A stretch of 64,000 nt of DNA from assembly GCA_965197745.1 (NCBI GenBank), contig CBDANS010000007.1:768001-832000 (forward strand). Direction: 5' to 3'. Position 1 is the stretch's first letter. The number at the start of each line of letters is the position of its first letter. The notes beneath the pieces were generated by a model. The model was not told where the DNA came from. It did no database searches and was given only the letters and a program-made list of their open reading frames with translations. Origin of the DNA: Opitutales bacterium. Its GTDB lineage: Bacteria; Verrucomicrobiota; Verrucomicrobiia; Opitutales; PNEW01. Both the position numbers and the translations under genes were made by a program. This document shows, piece after piece, positions 9,097 to 18,376 of the stretch.

Positions 9097-10107
9097 TCAA
9101 TAACGATTGGCCCATGACGTCACTAGAGTTTCATGTAAACGCGAATAAGGGTGTTTTTTTTCACCCTCTAGAGAAACCCTCTGTATTAATTGATATTGAG
9201 GTTTATGAAACCACCCAGTTGTTCCAAAGTGTAGATCTACGCTATTGTCTTCCAACATCATTTTATAATACTCATGGCTCACTCCCATATCAGAAAAAGG
9301 AAAAGCGAATATTCTGTGTTTTAACTGAAACTCTTCTTCTAAAAAGCGCATACTCTCACGGGTCTGTCTCAGTTGTTCATCGAGAGAAAGAATTGTATAA
9401 GGCGGATGATCTATGCTGTGCGCGCCAATGGCAAATCCATCATTTATTAATCCCGTTATCTGTTCTCTGTCCATGTACGGTTTAACTCGAGCCAGATATT
9501 CCGAGAAATTCAAGTCACATAAGTGAGCGATCTCATCCAGTAAATCTCTATGGTGATAATCAATACCCTTTAAGCTCTCTTTAAACTCGGTGTATAATAG
9601 ACCACGGGTTTTAAATTTATCCTTAACCGCATTTTGCAATATTTTACTTGAAGAGTTTAAATGTTGTTCAATGAGCAAGCTTACTTTGAAGCGATAGAAC
9701 AGATCTTTGTTTTCCCAAAAGCTGGAACTGATAAAAAAGGCTGCAGGTAAACCTTTCCTCTTAAGAATAGGGGCGACGATTTCTGACATTTCCCTAAGTC
9801 CATCATCAAAGGTAAGGAATACGCTACGGGATGGCGGAGGTTTTCCGCTCCTGCTATAATCCAGTATATCATCCAATGATATAGGACTGAATAATTTAAG
9901 AACACACTCGAGACTATCACAAAAATCTTTTACTCCCTTATACCTGTAAAGGTGCCGAATGTGGCCGAGGGGCTCATCACTTACAACGTGGTAATAAAGG
10001 ACTAATAGATTTCTACCGGTAACGCGTAAAAGTAGGCTTAGGGGCATGCAAGCACCCACACCCGTAATAGTTCGGTGCACCCCATTTTTCACTAACCGCT
10101 TTATCAT
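9097..10107 (-). CDS. polysaccharide deacetylase (NodB/CE4)
   Basis: LYYH, LTFDDG, IGAHSIDH and FAFPF motifs. Confidence 0.9.
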   Translation of the reverse strand: MIKRLVKNGVHRTITGVGACMPLSLLLRVTGRNLLVLYYHVVSDEPLGHIRHLYRYKGVKDFCDSLECVLKLFSPISLDDILDYSRSGKPPPSRSVFLTFDDGLREMSEIVAPILKRKGLPAAFFISSSFWENKDLFYRFKVSLLIEQHLNSSSKILQNAVKDKFKTRGLLYTEFKESLKGIDYHHRDLLDEIAHLCDLNFSEYLARVKPYMDREQITGLINDGFAIGAHSIDHPPYTILSLDEQLRQTRESMRFLEEEFQLKHRIFAFPFSDMGVSHEYYKMMLEDNSVDLHFGTTGWFHKPQYQLIQRVSLEGEKKHPYSRLHETLVTSWANRY

Positions 10108-10622
10108 CTATTACCGCTTCCTCTCTTACGCACAAAAAACAATAGTATTAACAGTTTATTGTGTAACCTTATGATCTCTATTAATATACCTACATATTGC
10201 AGTTTTTACCACTTCGAATTACGCCGGCCTCCGCCTCGACAGATATAGATCGTAACATTCTTTACCGAGCGATTGGGTCAGTTTTTGAGCTGAAGGACCG
10301 TCAGCCACGGGTAGGTGGAATATCATTTTTCGGGGGAGTGCATATGAGGAGTCAAAGGTCGAAATCTAGAATACAGGAATATTTTTTACAGGAAGAGCGG
10401 AAAGAATAGCCACATTTCAGGAAGAGAATTAACCACTAAAGGACACTAATTAATACAGATATCTAATTTTTTAACCACGAATGGACACGAATTTACACGG
10501 ATATTTTATATAGAGAAGAGTTAATTAGCCACCAACCGTCGTCCCGCGGTGGTGGGACTATGGTCGGCAAAGCAAGATGCACTACCAGAGCACAGCGAGA
10601 TTTTCTAATGACACAAGATAAC

Positions 10623-10797
10623 TTCAGGTGAAAGTTGGTGCTTAATCGCAAAAGCTCAGCAGTAGCTGAGCTTCGGCTGTTCCTTACCGTTTTTTTAAAT
10701 TTTGATTTAAAAAACCGCGTACAGGAATATCCGTATCAGTTCCGCTCGCGTGTGCGTGCGGGATGACTTTGCGATGAAGCAACGTATTTCATCTGAA
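10623..10797. repeat. ~175-bp structured element, copy C
   Basis: Same sequence as copies A and B; upstream flank 10496-10622 is also shared with 6312-6438. Confidence 0.8.
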
Positions 10798-11025
10798 TTA
10801 AACCCAAAATTAATATCCGCGATATTCGCGTCATCCGCGGTAAGATCTTGCTGTTTATTTTTGTGCCTCTTGCCTGCCGGTCATAGTCCCGCCACTGGGG
10901 GACGACGGTTGGTGCCTTTGAAAGATGTCGTCCCGGTGTCGCGGGACTCGGTAGTGGCTATCTTAAAAAAACCACAGCAGTGAATGTTACTGAAATAAAA
11001 GTTAAAGAATGGGCTATTTTAACTT

Positions 11026-11265
11026 TCAGCTTTCGACATTTGCCTCTTTAACTTCCTTCGGGGGATCTTTCCACTGAAATTCGGTGTTCCCGGGGATGCG
11101 GTCAGAGATATTCCAGGTTGCATGACCGCGTTTGACGGCTTCATTTTTAAAAAAGGCTAATTCCTTATGCGCCTCTTCCAAGGCGATGATTTTAAAATAA
11201 TAAGCGATAATGGACGCAATTAAACCAATTAAGCTAAGCACCATCGCTAGAAATACAAAGGCCAT
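11026..11265 (-). CDS. small membrane-anchored hypothetical protein
   Basis: ATG start, N-terminal hydrophobic helix, 79 aa. Confidence 0.55.
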   Translation of the reverse strand: MAFVFLAMVLSLIGLIASIIAYYFKIIALEEAHKELAFFKNEAVKRGHATWNISDRIPGNTEFQWKDPPKEVKEANVES

Positions 11266-11281
11266 GGGGGAAAAATCAGTA

Positions 11282-11445
11282 GATTTTTAGTGTTATGTTT
11301 TAGGTGTTAGGTATTAGGAAAGAGCAAATATTCAAAAAGTCAAAATGTAGCTTCGCAGTTTTAGCTGTAAGATTGAATCATAACAAAAATGTGAAATTCA
11401 AATTTTTCTTTAACTTAACACTTAAAACCTAACACTTAATACTGA
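11282..11445. repeat. gene-less inverted 7-mer array pair, family B (TAGGTGT/ACACCTA)
   Basis: tagtgttatgttttaggtgttaggtattagg ... acttaacacttaaaacctaacacttaatac; the first 23 bp are identical to 13773-13795. Confidence 0.85.
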
Positions 11446-11459
11446 AAATCGTTAGATTT

Positions 11460-12581
11460 TCATTCTTTTGACATAGAAATTTCTAATTTAGAAATTTCTA
11501 ATTCCTTCGTCATTCCTTCAAACCATTCTATGACCTCTGTATGTAAGGGTATTCCCTTAACGCGCCGCTCTTGCTCTTCTTCATGTTCCAGCATGCCGGG
11601 GTAAAGGACGCGTTCTTGGCCCGGTGCCGGTTTTGTTTCCCTGATCATCTTGAGCATGCGATCCATGTTATCTTTAAAGATATCGAGATCGGTGAATGCT
11701 TCGATGTCGTAGGCGACGAAATGATGTTTATGCGTCATACCCGGTTCACCCGGGGATGCGAGCATGCTGGGAATGGAACCTGCCAATATTGACCCGAGGA
11801 TTTCTGTTACCATCGCGAGCCCATAACCTTTATGGGAACCCTGCTCTCGCGTGCCGCCCAAGGGGAGTATATGTACAGGGATGCCATCCTTGAATTCAGG
11901 TACGCGAACGGCTTCCATTATGGGAACACCTTCGGCATCGGCAATCCAGCCTGGGTCCAGTTTTGACCCTATTCTGCGGGCGAGCTCAATTTTATTTCCG
12001 GCGACTGAGCAAGTCGCGGCGTCATATAGAAAAGGGGCTTCATTGCGTGTAGGTGCCGCGAGAGCAATGGGATTTGTGCCAAGCAGACCTTTTGAAGCAA
12101 AAGTTGGCACTACTTGTGTACCTGCAGCAGTCGTTACCAGACCTACCATATTGTTTTGAACCGCTTGCATGGCATGATGGCCGATGGCACCCGAATGGCC
12201 GCTGTTATAAACGGACACAGCACCGATGCCAACCTGCTTAGCTTTGTCGATCGCGATTTGCATCACATGACGACCAATAATGATGACTAAACCTCTATCC
12301 GCATCAATGGTCGCCGTTCCAGGCTTTTCACGCATAATCTTCCAATTGGCCTGCGCGTTGATATCTTTATTTTTATACTGCGTATGGTAAGCTCTCAGCA
12401 TATTAGATACACCGTGACTTTCCACTCCACGCAGGTCAGAAGTTACGAGCGTGTCTGCCGCGATTGCGGCATCTTCTGGAGTCTCACCCATCTTTTCAAA
12501 AAACTCCGTCACCGTTCGGCGTAATGATTCCTCCGGAACAATGACCTGTTCTTTTATCGGGACTTTGAAACGTTCTAGCAT
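11460..12581 (-). CDS. Ldh_2 family oxidoreductase (malate/L-lactate/ureidoglycolate dehydrogenase-like)
   Basis: SDLRGVESHG, SGHSGAIG, GTNPIA and GSHKGYGLA motifs. Confidence 0.92.
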   Translation of the reverse strand: MLERFKVPIKEQVIVPEESLRRTVTEFFEKMGETPEDAAIAADTLVTSDLRGVESHGVSNMLRAYHTQYKNKDINAQANWKIMREKPGTATIDADRGLVIIIGRHVMQIAIDKAKQVGIGAVSVYNSGHSGAIGHHAMQAVQNNMVGLVTTAAGTQVVPTFASKGLLGTNPIALAAPTRNEAPFLYDAATCSVAGNKIELARRIGSKLDPGWIADAEGVPIMEAVRVPEFKDGIPVHILPLGGTREQGSHKGYGLAMVTEILGSILAGSIPSMLASPGEPGMTHKHHFVAYDIEAFTDLDIFKDNMDRMLKMIRETKPAPGQERVLYPGMLEHEEEQERRVKGIPLHTEVIEWFEGMTKELEISKLEISMSKE

Positions 12582-12605
12582 AACTCAACAATGTTGAGTT
12601 ATGCG

Positions 12606-12749
12606 GTCGAAGGTCAAATGTCAAAGGTCAAAAGTGAAAAAATCTAAAGATTTTTTGTTTTAGGTGTAAGATGTTAAATTTTAAGTAAGATTTTTCATCA
12701 AAGCATAATTAGTAAATGTTCCGACCTTCGACTTTCGACTCTTTGACCT
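12606..12749. repeat. inverted 7-mer array pair, family A, enclosing a family-B array
   Basis: gtcgaag gtcaaat gtcaaag gtcaaaa ... taggtgtaagatgttaa ... ccgaccttcgactttcgactctttgacc. Confidence 0.8.
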
Positions 12750-12757
12750 TGTTATAC

Positions 12758-13717
12758 CTAGGTCAAAGATTTCAGTAATCGGTCCTCTTCCGTAAAATCC
12801 CAGGGTTCTTTGTCATAGCCCTGTTCCAGCCACCAATTGTAAGTCATTTCCAGACCCTCGCGAATGTTATAACGGGGTTCCCATTCCAGGTCGCGACGCG
12901 CTTTTTCGTTGCTGTAAACAGAGCTGACTCCCCATCCGAAAGGGAAGATTTCAACCTCCTGCTCTTCATAGTGAGCGGGATCGACGTGAATCACTTCCAC
13001 TTCCTTACTCATTATATCAGTCAGTGTTTGAATGTAAGCGTTAACCGTAATCATCTCATTTGAAGCGATGGTGTAGATCTGTCCCTCCGCCTGTTTTCGA
13101 TCGGGAACAGAGGCAAATGCAGCGGCCAGATCATCGACGTGGATAAAGTGAAGAAGTCGTTGACCGTCTCCCGGAATAATAATTTTACGACCGTGAGTGA
13201 GTCGGGCAAAAAACGTGTGCTCGCGTTGTTTCAGGTTATTGTGCGGCCCGTAAACATAGACCAACCTCAGAGAGGTTGTCGGCAGACCGCGCTCTTCGTA
13301 AACCTTTAAGAGATAATCTTCACAGGCAATCTTATCCCTGGCGTAGTCACTGGCTTCCGGTCTTCGGTCTAGAGTTGAATCTTCGAAGATCGGTCTGATT
13401 TCGGAGGGGGCATAGACGGAAGTTGAGCTGCAGAAAACATAAGTACCTATCTTCCCATCGAGAACATTGATGACAGTTTCAACCACGTCAGGTGTATAAC
13501 CCGAAATGTCATAGACGACATCAAAGGTCTTGCCATTCAATACCTCTGCGACCTGTTTCCTGTCATTGCGGTCGGCGATGAGACGATTGACCTTGCTGGG
13601 TATTTGCGCCTCGCTCTGGCCCCGATTCAAGATCGTTACCTCATGTCCCTGGTTAATTAAATAATCAACAAGGTGAAGCCCGACAAATTGTGTCCCCCCT
13701 AAGACTAGTGAATCCAT
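12758..13717 (-). CDS. NAD-dependent epimerase/dehydratase (atypical SDR)
   Basis: LVLGGTQFVG, NRG, SSTSVY and YARDK motifs; start set at MDSLV. Confidence 0.88.
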   Translation of the reverse strand: MDSLVLGGTQFVGLHLVDYLINQGHEVTILNRGQSEAQIPSKVNRLIADRNDRKQVAEVLNGKTFDVVYDISGYTPDVVETVINVLDGKIGTYVFCSSTSVYAPSEIRPIFEDSTLDRRPEASDYARDKIACEDYLLKVYEERGLPTTSLRLVYVYGPHNNLKQREHTFFARLTHGRKIIIPGDGQRLLHFIHVDDLAAAFASVPDRKQAEGQIYTIASNEMITVNAYIQTLTDIMSKEVEVIHVDPAHYEEQEVEIFPFGWGVSSVYSNEKARRDLEWEPRYNIREGLEMTYNWWLEQGYDKEPWDFTEEDRLLKSLT

Positions 13718-13790
13718 GGATTCACTAGTCAAAAAGTCAAAAGGTCAAAAAGTCAAAAAATAAAAATCCTTGGATTTTTAGTGTTATGTT

Positions 13791-14138
13791 TTAGGTTAGA
13801 GATTGAATTAATGCATGAAGTTTTCCTGATATCATTTTTGTTTCAGTAATTAATGCATTAGCTTCTTTAGATGGTATAAGGCCAATATTTTTAGCGATAA
13901 ATAATTGAGTTCGAACTTCAGCAGCTGAACCTTTAGCATAACCAAGAAATAATTTAAACTCATGTATCGAGTTTCTCTCAGCTCCCTCTGCAATATTTGA
14001 AGGTATCGAAACAGCTGCTCGCGATATTTGATCTCTAAATCCGTAATTACGTGAGTCTTTCAATTCGGAATATATACTTATAACTAAAGCACACGCTCTT
14101 TGCCAAACATCCAGTTCTTCGAATGATTGATAGGCCAT
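13791..14138 (-). CDS. four helix bundle protein (23S rRNA IVS protein family)
   Basis: SFEELDVWQRA...DQISRAAVSIPSNIAEGAER...FLGYAKGSAAEVRTQL. Confidence 0.93.
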   Translation of the reverse strand: MAYQSFEELDVWQRACALVISIYSELKDSRNYGFRDQISRAAVSIPSNIAEGAERNSIHEFKLFLGYAKGSAAEVRTQLFIAKNIGLIPSKEANALITETKMISGKLHALIQSLT

Positions 14139-14247
14139 GACTTAAGAGTTAAAGTGTATTTCTACGCGATTATCGGAAGAGATAACTAGATGATATAAAT
14201 CGACAGTTAATACCTGACGATTAATAGTGAAAAATAATATTATTTCT

Positions 14248-14280
14248 TCGACTTAACACCTAACACCTAAAACTTAACAC
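14248..14280. repeat. family-B 7-mer array flanking the four-helix-bundle gene
   Basis: acttaac acctaac acctaaa acttaac; inverted partner at 13773-13798. Confidence 0.8.
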
Positions 14281-14288
14281 AGCAATAT

Positions 14289-15872
14289 ATGTCTGAAATG
14301 TTAGACACATCTTCTCGAGGTCTTCACATTGTGGATTGGTTGTGCATTGCCCTCTACGCGGCTGTGGTTTTGGGAGTCGGGTGGATTTATTCGCGCAGGC
14401 ATTCGGACACGGGGAGTTATTTTGTTGGCAGCGGGAAGATGAATTCCTTTCTCATCGGTATTTCCATATTAGCAACGCTCTTAAGTTCCGCCTCTTTTTT
14501 AATGATTCCCGGTGAAATGATTAAAAATGGGCCGGTCATATTATGCTATCTCTTCGCGATACCTATCGCCTATGTCATCGTCGGTTACGTCTTGATCCCC
14601 GCCCTCATGCGTTACCGTGTGATCAGCGCTTACGAGATATTGGAAAAGAAGATGGGGGTAAAAATACGCCTGCTCGGTGCCAGCCTGTTTATCATGCTCA
14701 GGCTTACCTGGATGTCAGTCATTGTTTACTTCGCGGCAGAAGCGACAGTGGTAATCATCGGACTCGACCGATCAATGGTTCCCTGGGTTGTTCTGGTAAT
14801 TGGGATTGTCTCCGTAACTTATACCACCATGGGGGGATTACAGGCTGTAGTTATAACCGATCTTCTTCAATTCTGCATCCTATTTGGCGGTGCGATATTG
14901 ACCCTAACCATTATCAGTTTTCGTCTCGACGGTCTTCACTGGATTCCTACGGAGTGGTCACCTAATTGGGACGTACAACCATTCTTCAGCTTCGATCCAA
15001 CGGTGCGCGTGACGGTGGTTGGATCGATAATCTCATTTTTAATCTGGTTAATATGTATGGGAGGATCTGATCAGACGGTGATCCAAAGATATATGTGTAC
15101 CGAGGACGCCGCTACTGCTCGACGAGCCTACTTTCGAAATTCCCTCACAAATATGATAACCATTCCATTAATTGCTCTCGTGGGATTTGGGGTATTGGGA
15201 TTTTATATGCAGTACCAGGAGTATATTCCTGAAGGGGAGACCATTCAGTCCTATGCTGACAGACTCTTTCCACTATTTATATCAGAACATTTACCGATCG
15301 GTGTAGCCGGCCTCGTCGTTTCAGCATTATTCGCAGCCGGAATGTCGAGCATCGACTCAGGAATAAATTCAATAACAGCAGTCACGATGACAGACTTTTT
15401 AGATCGCTTTGGTCTTAAATCAAAAAGCGAGCGACAGCATTTGAGAATGGCCAGGTTCATAGCCATTGGCATCGGTGTCTTTGTCATGCTTGTGAGTATT
15501 CAAATGCATCGAGTGCCCGGCAACTTCGTAGAAATACCCCAGAAAACAATTAATCTTTTTACGGTGCCCATGTTCTGCCTGTTTTTCTTTGCTTTGTTTG
15601 TTCCGTTCGCCACTCCATTTGGCGTTGCCCTGGGTGCTCTCTATGGATGGGTGGCTGCGCTCCTCGTCGCCTACTGGGACATTTTCACTGGCCTCGACAG
15701 ACTAAGTTTCCAATTGATCATGTTTACGGCCCTCGTAGTAGACCTCTCTATCGGATGTCTATTCAGTCTCATTCCCATTAAGCATAACCCCCCCCCTGTG
15801 ATCGCCGTCTGGACGGTTATGGCACTTTCCCCGCTAATCGCGGGGATACTCACGCTCTTTTTCAGAGCGTGA
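14289..15872 (+). CDS. sodium:solute symporter (SSS)
   Basis: YFVGSG, YTTMGGLQAVVITD, DQTVIQRY and AAGMSSIDSGINS motifs; ~13 TM. Confidence 0.93.
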   Translation: MSEMLDTSSRGLHIVDWLCIALYAAVVLGVGWIYSRRHSDTGSYFVGSGKMNSFLIGISILATLLSSASFLMIPGEMIKNGPVILCYLFAIPIAYVIVGYVLIPALMRYRVISAYEILEKKMGVKIRLLGASLFIMLRLTWMSVIVYFAAEATVVIIGLDRSMVPWVVLVIGIVSVTYTTMGGLQAVVITDLLQFCILFGGAILTLTIISFRLDGLHWIPTEWSPNWDVQPFFSFDPTVRVTVVGSIISFLIWLICMGGSDQTVIQRYMCTEDAATARRAYFRNSLTNMITIPLIALVGFGVLGFYMQYQEYIPEGETIQSYADRLFPLFISEHLPIGVAGLVVSALFAAGMSSIDSGINSITAVTMTDFLDRFGLKSKSERQHLRMARFIAIGIGVFVMLVSIQMHRVPGNFVEIPQKTINLFTVPMFCLFFFALFVPFATPFGVALGALYGWVAALLVAYWDIFTGLDRLSFQLIMFTALVVDLSIGCLFSLIPIKHNPPPVIAVWTVMALSPLIAGILTLFFRA

Positions 15873-15877
15873 GTATT

Positions 15878-16079
15878 GTCAAAAAGTCAAGAAGATATGC
15901 GGTAAGGCGTAAATGCGATAAAGCGTGAATGCGGATTAATACCTGAGACATAATGCAGGATGCGAGGAGACCCTAGAGATTACCCCTTATTCGCATAAAC
16001 ACATATACGCGTATGAGGATGACGAGCTACGCTCTCGGTACGCACATACCCTTCGACATTTGACTTTCGACTTTCGACT
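15878..16079. repeat. nested inverted array element (family A, 8-mer, GATGCAG)
   Basis: gtcaaaaagtcaag...gcggtaaggcgtaaatgcgataaagcgtgaat...ccttcgacatttgactttcgactttcgac. Confidence 0.8.
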
Positions 16080-16093
16080 CCTTTAATAAATCC

Positions 16094-16972
16094 ATGATTA
16101 AAAGTAAAAACGGCTATCCAACTGCTGAAGAACTGATAGAAAAAGTGCGTGAGGTTGGCTATTGTCTGATTGAAGACATAATTCCTGAAGATAAGATTGA
16201 GCCGATCAAAAAAGAAATTTCTGACGCGGCTCACGCTAATTGCAGTGATTATGCGTCCGATAATATTACCCATATGTCAGGGACTATTAATCATACCCAG
16301 ATTTTCGCGGAATATGTCGCACACCCTCGTATCATGGCGTTGGTGGACACATTTTTTGGCCCCTATGCGCGTGTCTCCTCGACCACAACGACGATTAATG
16401 AACCGGGGAACAAGCGAGGTATGTGGCACTCCGATTGGCCGTTTAACCAGAGAAACGCGGGGCACATCCCGGTTCCCTATCCCGACATCATGCTTCACAT
16501 CACTTCTATCTGGATGCTGTCGGCATTCAGTAAAGAGAATGGAGGGACCTTAATTCGACCCGGTAGCCATAAACTCGATTATAACCCGAGCGTCGATTAT
16601 CCGGTAAATAAAGCGAAAACAGATGATAAGGAAGCGATGGCAAAAGGGTGGACGGAGGTTGCCTGTGATCCATTAGATGATGAAATAAATGCTACGGGAC
16701 CGGCGGGCAGTGTGCTCTTCTTTGACAGTCGCTTATGGCATGCCACCGCGCCCAACACTTCCAGTGATCCAAGGGTAGCGTTGATCGTGCGTTATGCTCC
16801 CTGGTGGATAAATCTTAAATCCTGGCGGCCCGGTTCGATTGATCGGAAAATAATTTCTGAAGAACCCGGCATATTTGAAAACGTGCTCGCGCCACTTCCC
16901 ATCGATGTCTATAATCGGCTACCCGAAGTCACCAAACCCCTTTTCCGGCATTGGGTAGAGGAAAACGCGTAG
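16094..16972 (+). CDS. phytanoyl-CoA dioxygenase family (Fe/2OG)
   Basis: WHSD, GGTLIRPGSH, GSVLFFDSRLWH and PR motifs. Confidence 0.9.
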   Translation: MIKSKNGYPTAEELIEKVREVGYCLIEDIIPEDKIEPIKKEISDAAHANCSDYASDNITHMSGTINHTQIFAEYVAHPRIMALVDTFFGPYARVSSTTTTINEPGNKRGMWHSDWPFNQRNAGHIPVPYPDIMLHITSIWMLSAFSKENGGTLIRPGSHKLDYNPSVDYPVNKAKTDDKEAMAKGWTEVACDPLDDEINATGPAGSVLFFDSRLWHATAPNTSSDPRVALIVRYAPWWINLKSWRPGSIDRKIISEEPGIFENVLAPLPIDVYNRLPEVTKPLFRHWVEENA

Positions 16973-16979
16973 CGTTTTC

Positions 16980-17191
16980 GTCGAAAGTCGAAGGTCAAAG
17001 GTCGAAAGCGAAAATCGTTATTCTGGAGGGACGCGCTCTGTCGCGTCCGCTTAAAAATCAGGTGTATTTATTTTTCGATATTATAAATGATGATTATAGC
17101 CACAACGGCGTGTGGCCCTCCAATTTATTTTCTTCGCTAAAAATTGTATCAGCATCATTCTACCTTTGACATTAGACCTTAGACTTTCGAC
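16980..17191. repeat. family-A inverted arrays enclosing an inverted REP pair
   Basis: gtcgaaagtcgaaggtcaaaggtcgaaag; REP ggagggacgcgctctgtcgcgtccg (17025) and inverted REP (~17098-17121); tttgacattagaccttagactttcgac. Confidence 0.8.
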
Positions 17192-17201
17192 AAAAGAACC
17201 C

Positions 17202-18194
17202 ATGGGTTCTTTTCAAGATAAGCCGATTGGACGCAGTGGATTGAAGATGAGCGCGATTGCGCTGGGGGCGGGAACTTACGGACGAGAGATCGACGAAGAA
17301 GCATCCTGGCGGTTACTCGACTATGCGACAGAAAAAGGAATTACATTTCACGATAACGCGGAAATGTATGGTGGGGGTAACACCTATGAAAAACGTAAAG
17401 CGGATTACGGTACCACCGATGTGAGGGAGGCATCGACTGAAATGTACTCGGGCGAGAAAATTCTCTCTCGATGGATGAAAAATCGGGGTTGCCGGGATGA
17501 AATTATCCTCTGCACAAAAGTCAGCACCGGGAACAGCGCGGAAAATATTAAAAAACAGATGGCGGCCAGCCTCGAGCGTCTGGAAGTCGACTGTGTGGAC
17601 GTTTACATGTTGCATTCCCCCGATGACAACGTGCCTATAGAAGAAACAATGGATGCCCTCAACGAGGAAGTTGAGGCCGGACATACCAGGGTTCTTGGGT
17701 GCAGTAATTTTTCGGGCGCGCAATTGCGTGATGCGCTCGCGGTCAGCGCGAAAAAGGGGTACGCCCGTTTTGAAATCTCTGAACCCCGCTATAATCTCGG
17801 CGATCGAGAAGCCGAAACAGATCATTTTCCCATTTGCCGAGAGGAAGAGATAACGGTTATGCCCTACAGCCCGCTGGGGGCGGGATTTCTCACCGGGAAG
17901 TACAGCCCCGACCGTTCAAAGTTTCCCAAGGGTGCGCGCTTTGACCTCTCACCCGGTCATGCCGACATTTACTTTAACGATCATAATTTTCGGGTGGTCG
18001 AACACCTGCGTAAAAAAGCCGAGGAGATGGGACTTACGATGGTGCGTCTCGCCATGGCCTGGGCCATGACGCATCCCGACGTCACCGCAACTCTCATAGG
18101 CGCCCGAACAACCGATCACATCGACAACGCCCTCCTCGCCGCCGAAATGGGACTGGATCCAGGATTACGTGAAGAAATGAACGAATTTTCATAA
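17202..18194 (+). CDS. aldo/keto reductase
   Basis: IGRSGLKMS, DNAEMYG, SLERLE.DCVDVYMLH and PYSPLGAGFLTGKY motifs; start moved to ATG 17202, past the repeat. Confidence 0.92.
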   Translation: MGSFQDKPIGRSGLKMSAIALGAGTYGREIDEEASWRLLDYATEKGITFHDNAEMYGGGNTYEKRKADYGTTDVREASTEMYSGEKILSRWMKNRGCRDEIILCTKVSTGNSAENIKKQMAASLERLEVDCVDVYMLHSPDDNVPIEETMDALNEEVEAGHTRVLGCSNFSGAQLRDALAVSAKKGYARFEISEPRYNLGDREAETDHFPICREEEITVMPYSPLGAGFLTGKYSPDRSKFPKGARFDLSPGHADIYFNDHNFRVVEHLRKKAEEMGLTMVRLAMAWAMTHPDVTATLIGARTTDHIDNALLAAEMGLDPGLREEMNEFS

Positions 18195-18202
18195 AAATTC
18201 GT

Positions 18203-18369
18203 TGTGTTAGGTTTTAGGTGTTAAGTGTTAGGTTGAAGGGTGTGTACATGGGCCTCCATTTATTTATTAATCAAACTATTCCCGCGTTCCCGCATTTACG
18301 CGTTTTCGCATCATCGCATATCCCCATCTCCCATTACTTTTGACTTTTTGACCTTTTGACCTTTTGACT
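18203..18369. repeat. mixed array element (family-B left arm, 8-mer and family-A right arm)
   Basis: gtgttaggttttaggtgttaagtgttagg ... ttcccgcgttcccgcatttacgcg ... ttttgactttttgaccttttgaccttttgac. Confidence 0.75.
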
Positions 18370-18376
18370 ATGACCC

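Noticed and set aside
6439..10797. Integron attC cassette array
   Set aside because: No clear RYYYAAC/GTTRRRY box pair at the ends, the elements are longer than typical attC sites and not tight to stop codons, and there is no integrase in the window.
5965..10960. CRISPR array
   Set aside because: The repeats are degenerate, nested and irregularly spaced, with no constant repeat-spacer period and no cas genes.
11474..11503. 15-bp tandem duplication TAGAAATTTCTAATT at the LDH2 C-terminus
   Set aside because: A simple in-frame local duplication (LEISK LEISM) with no other copies; likely trivial.
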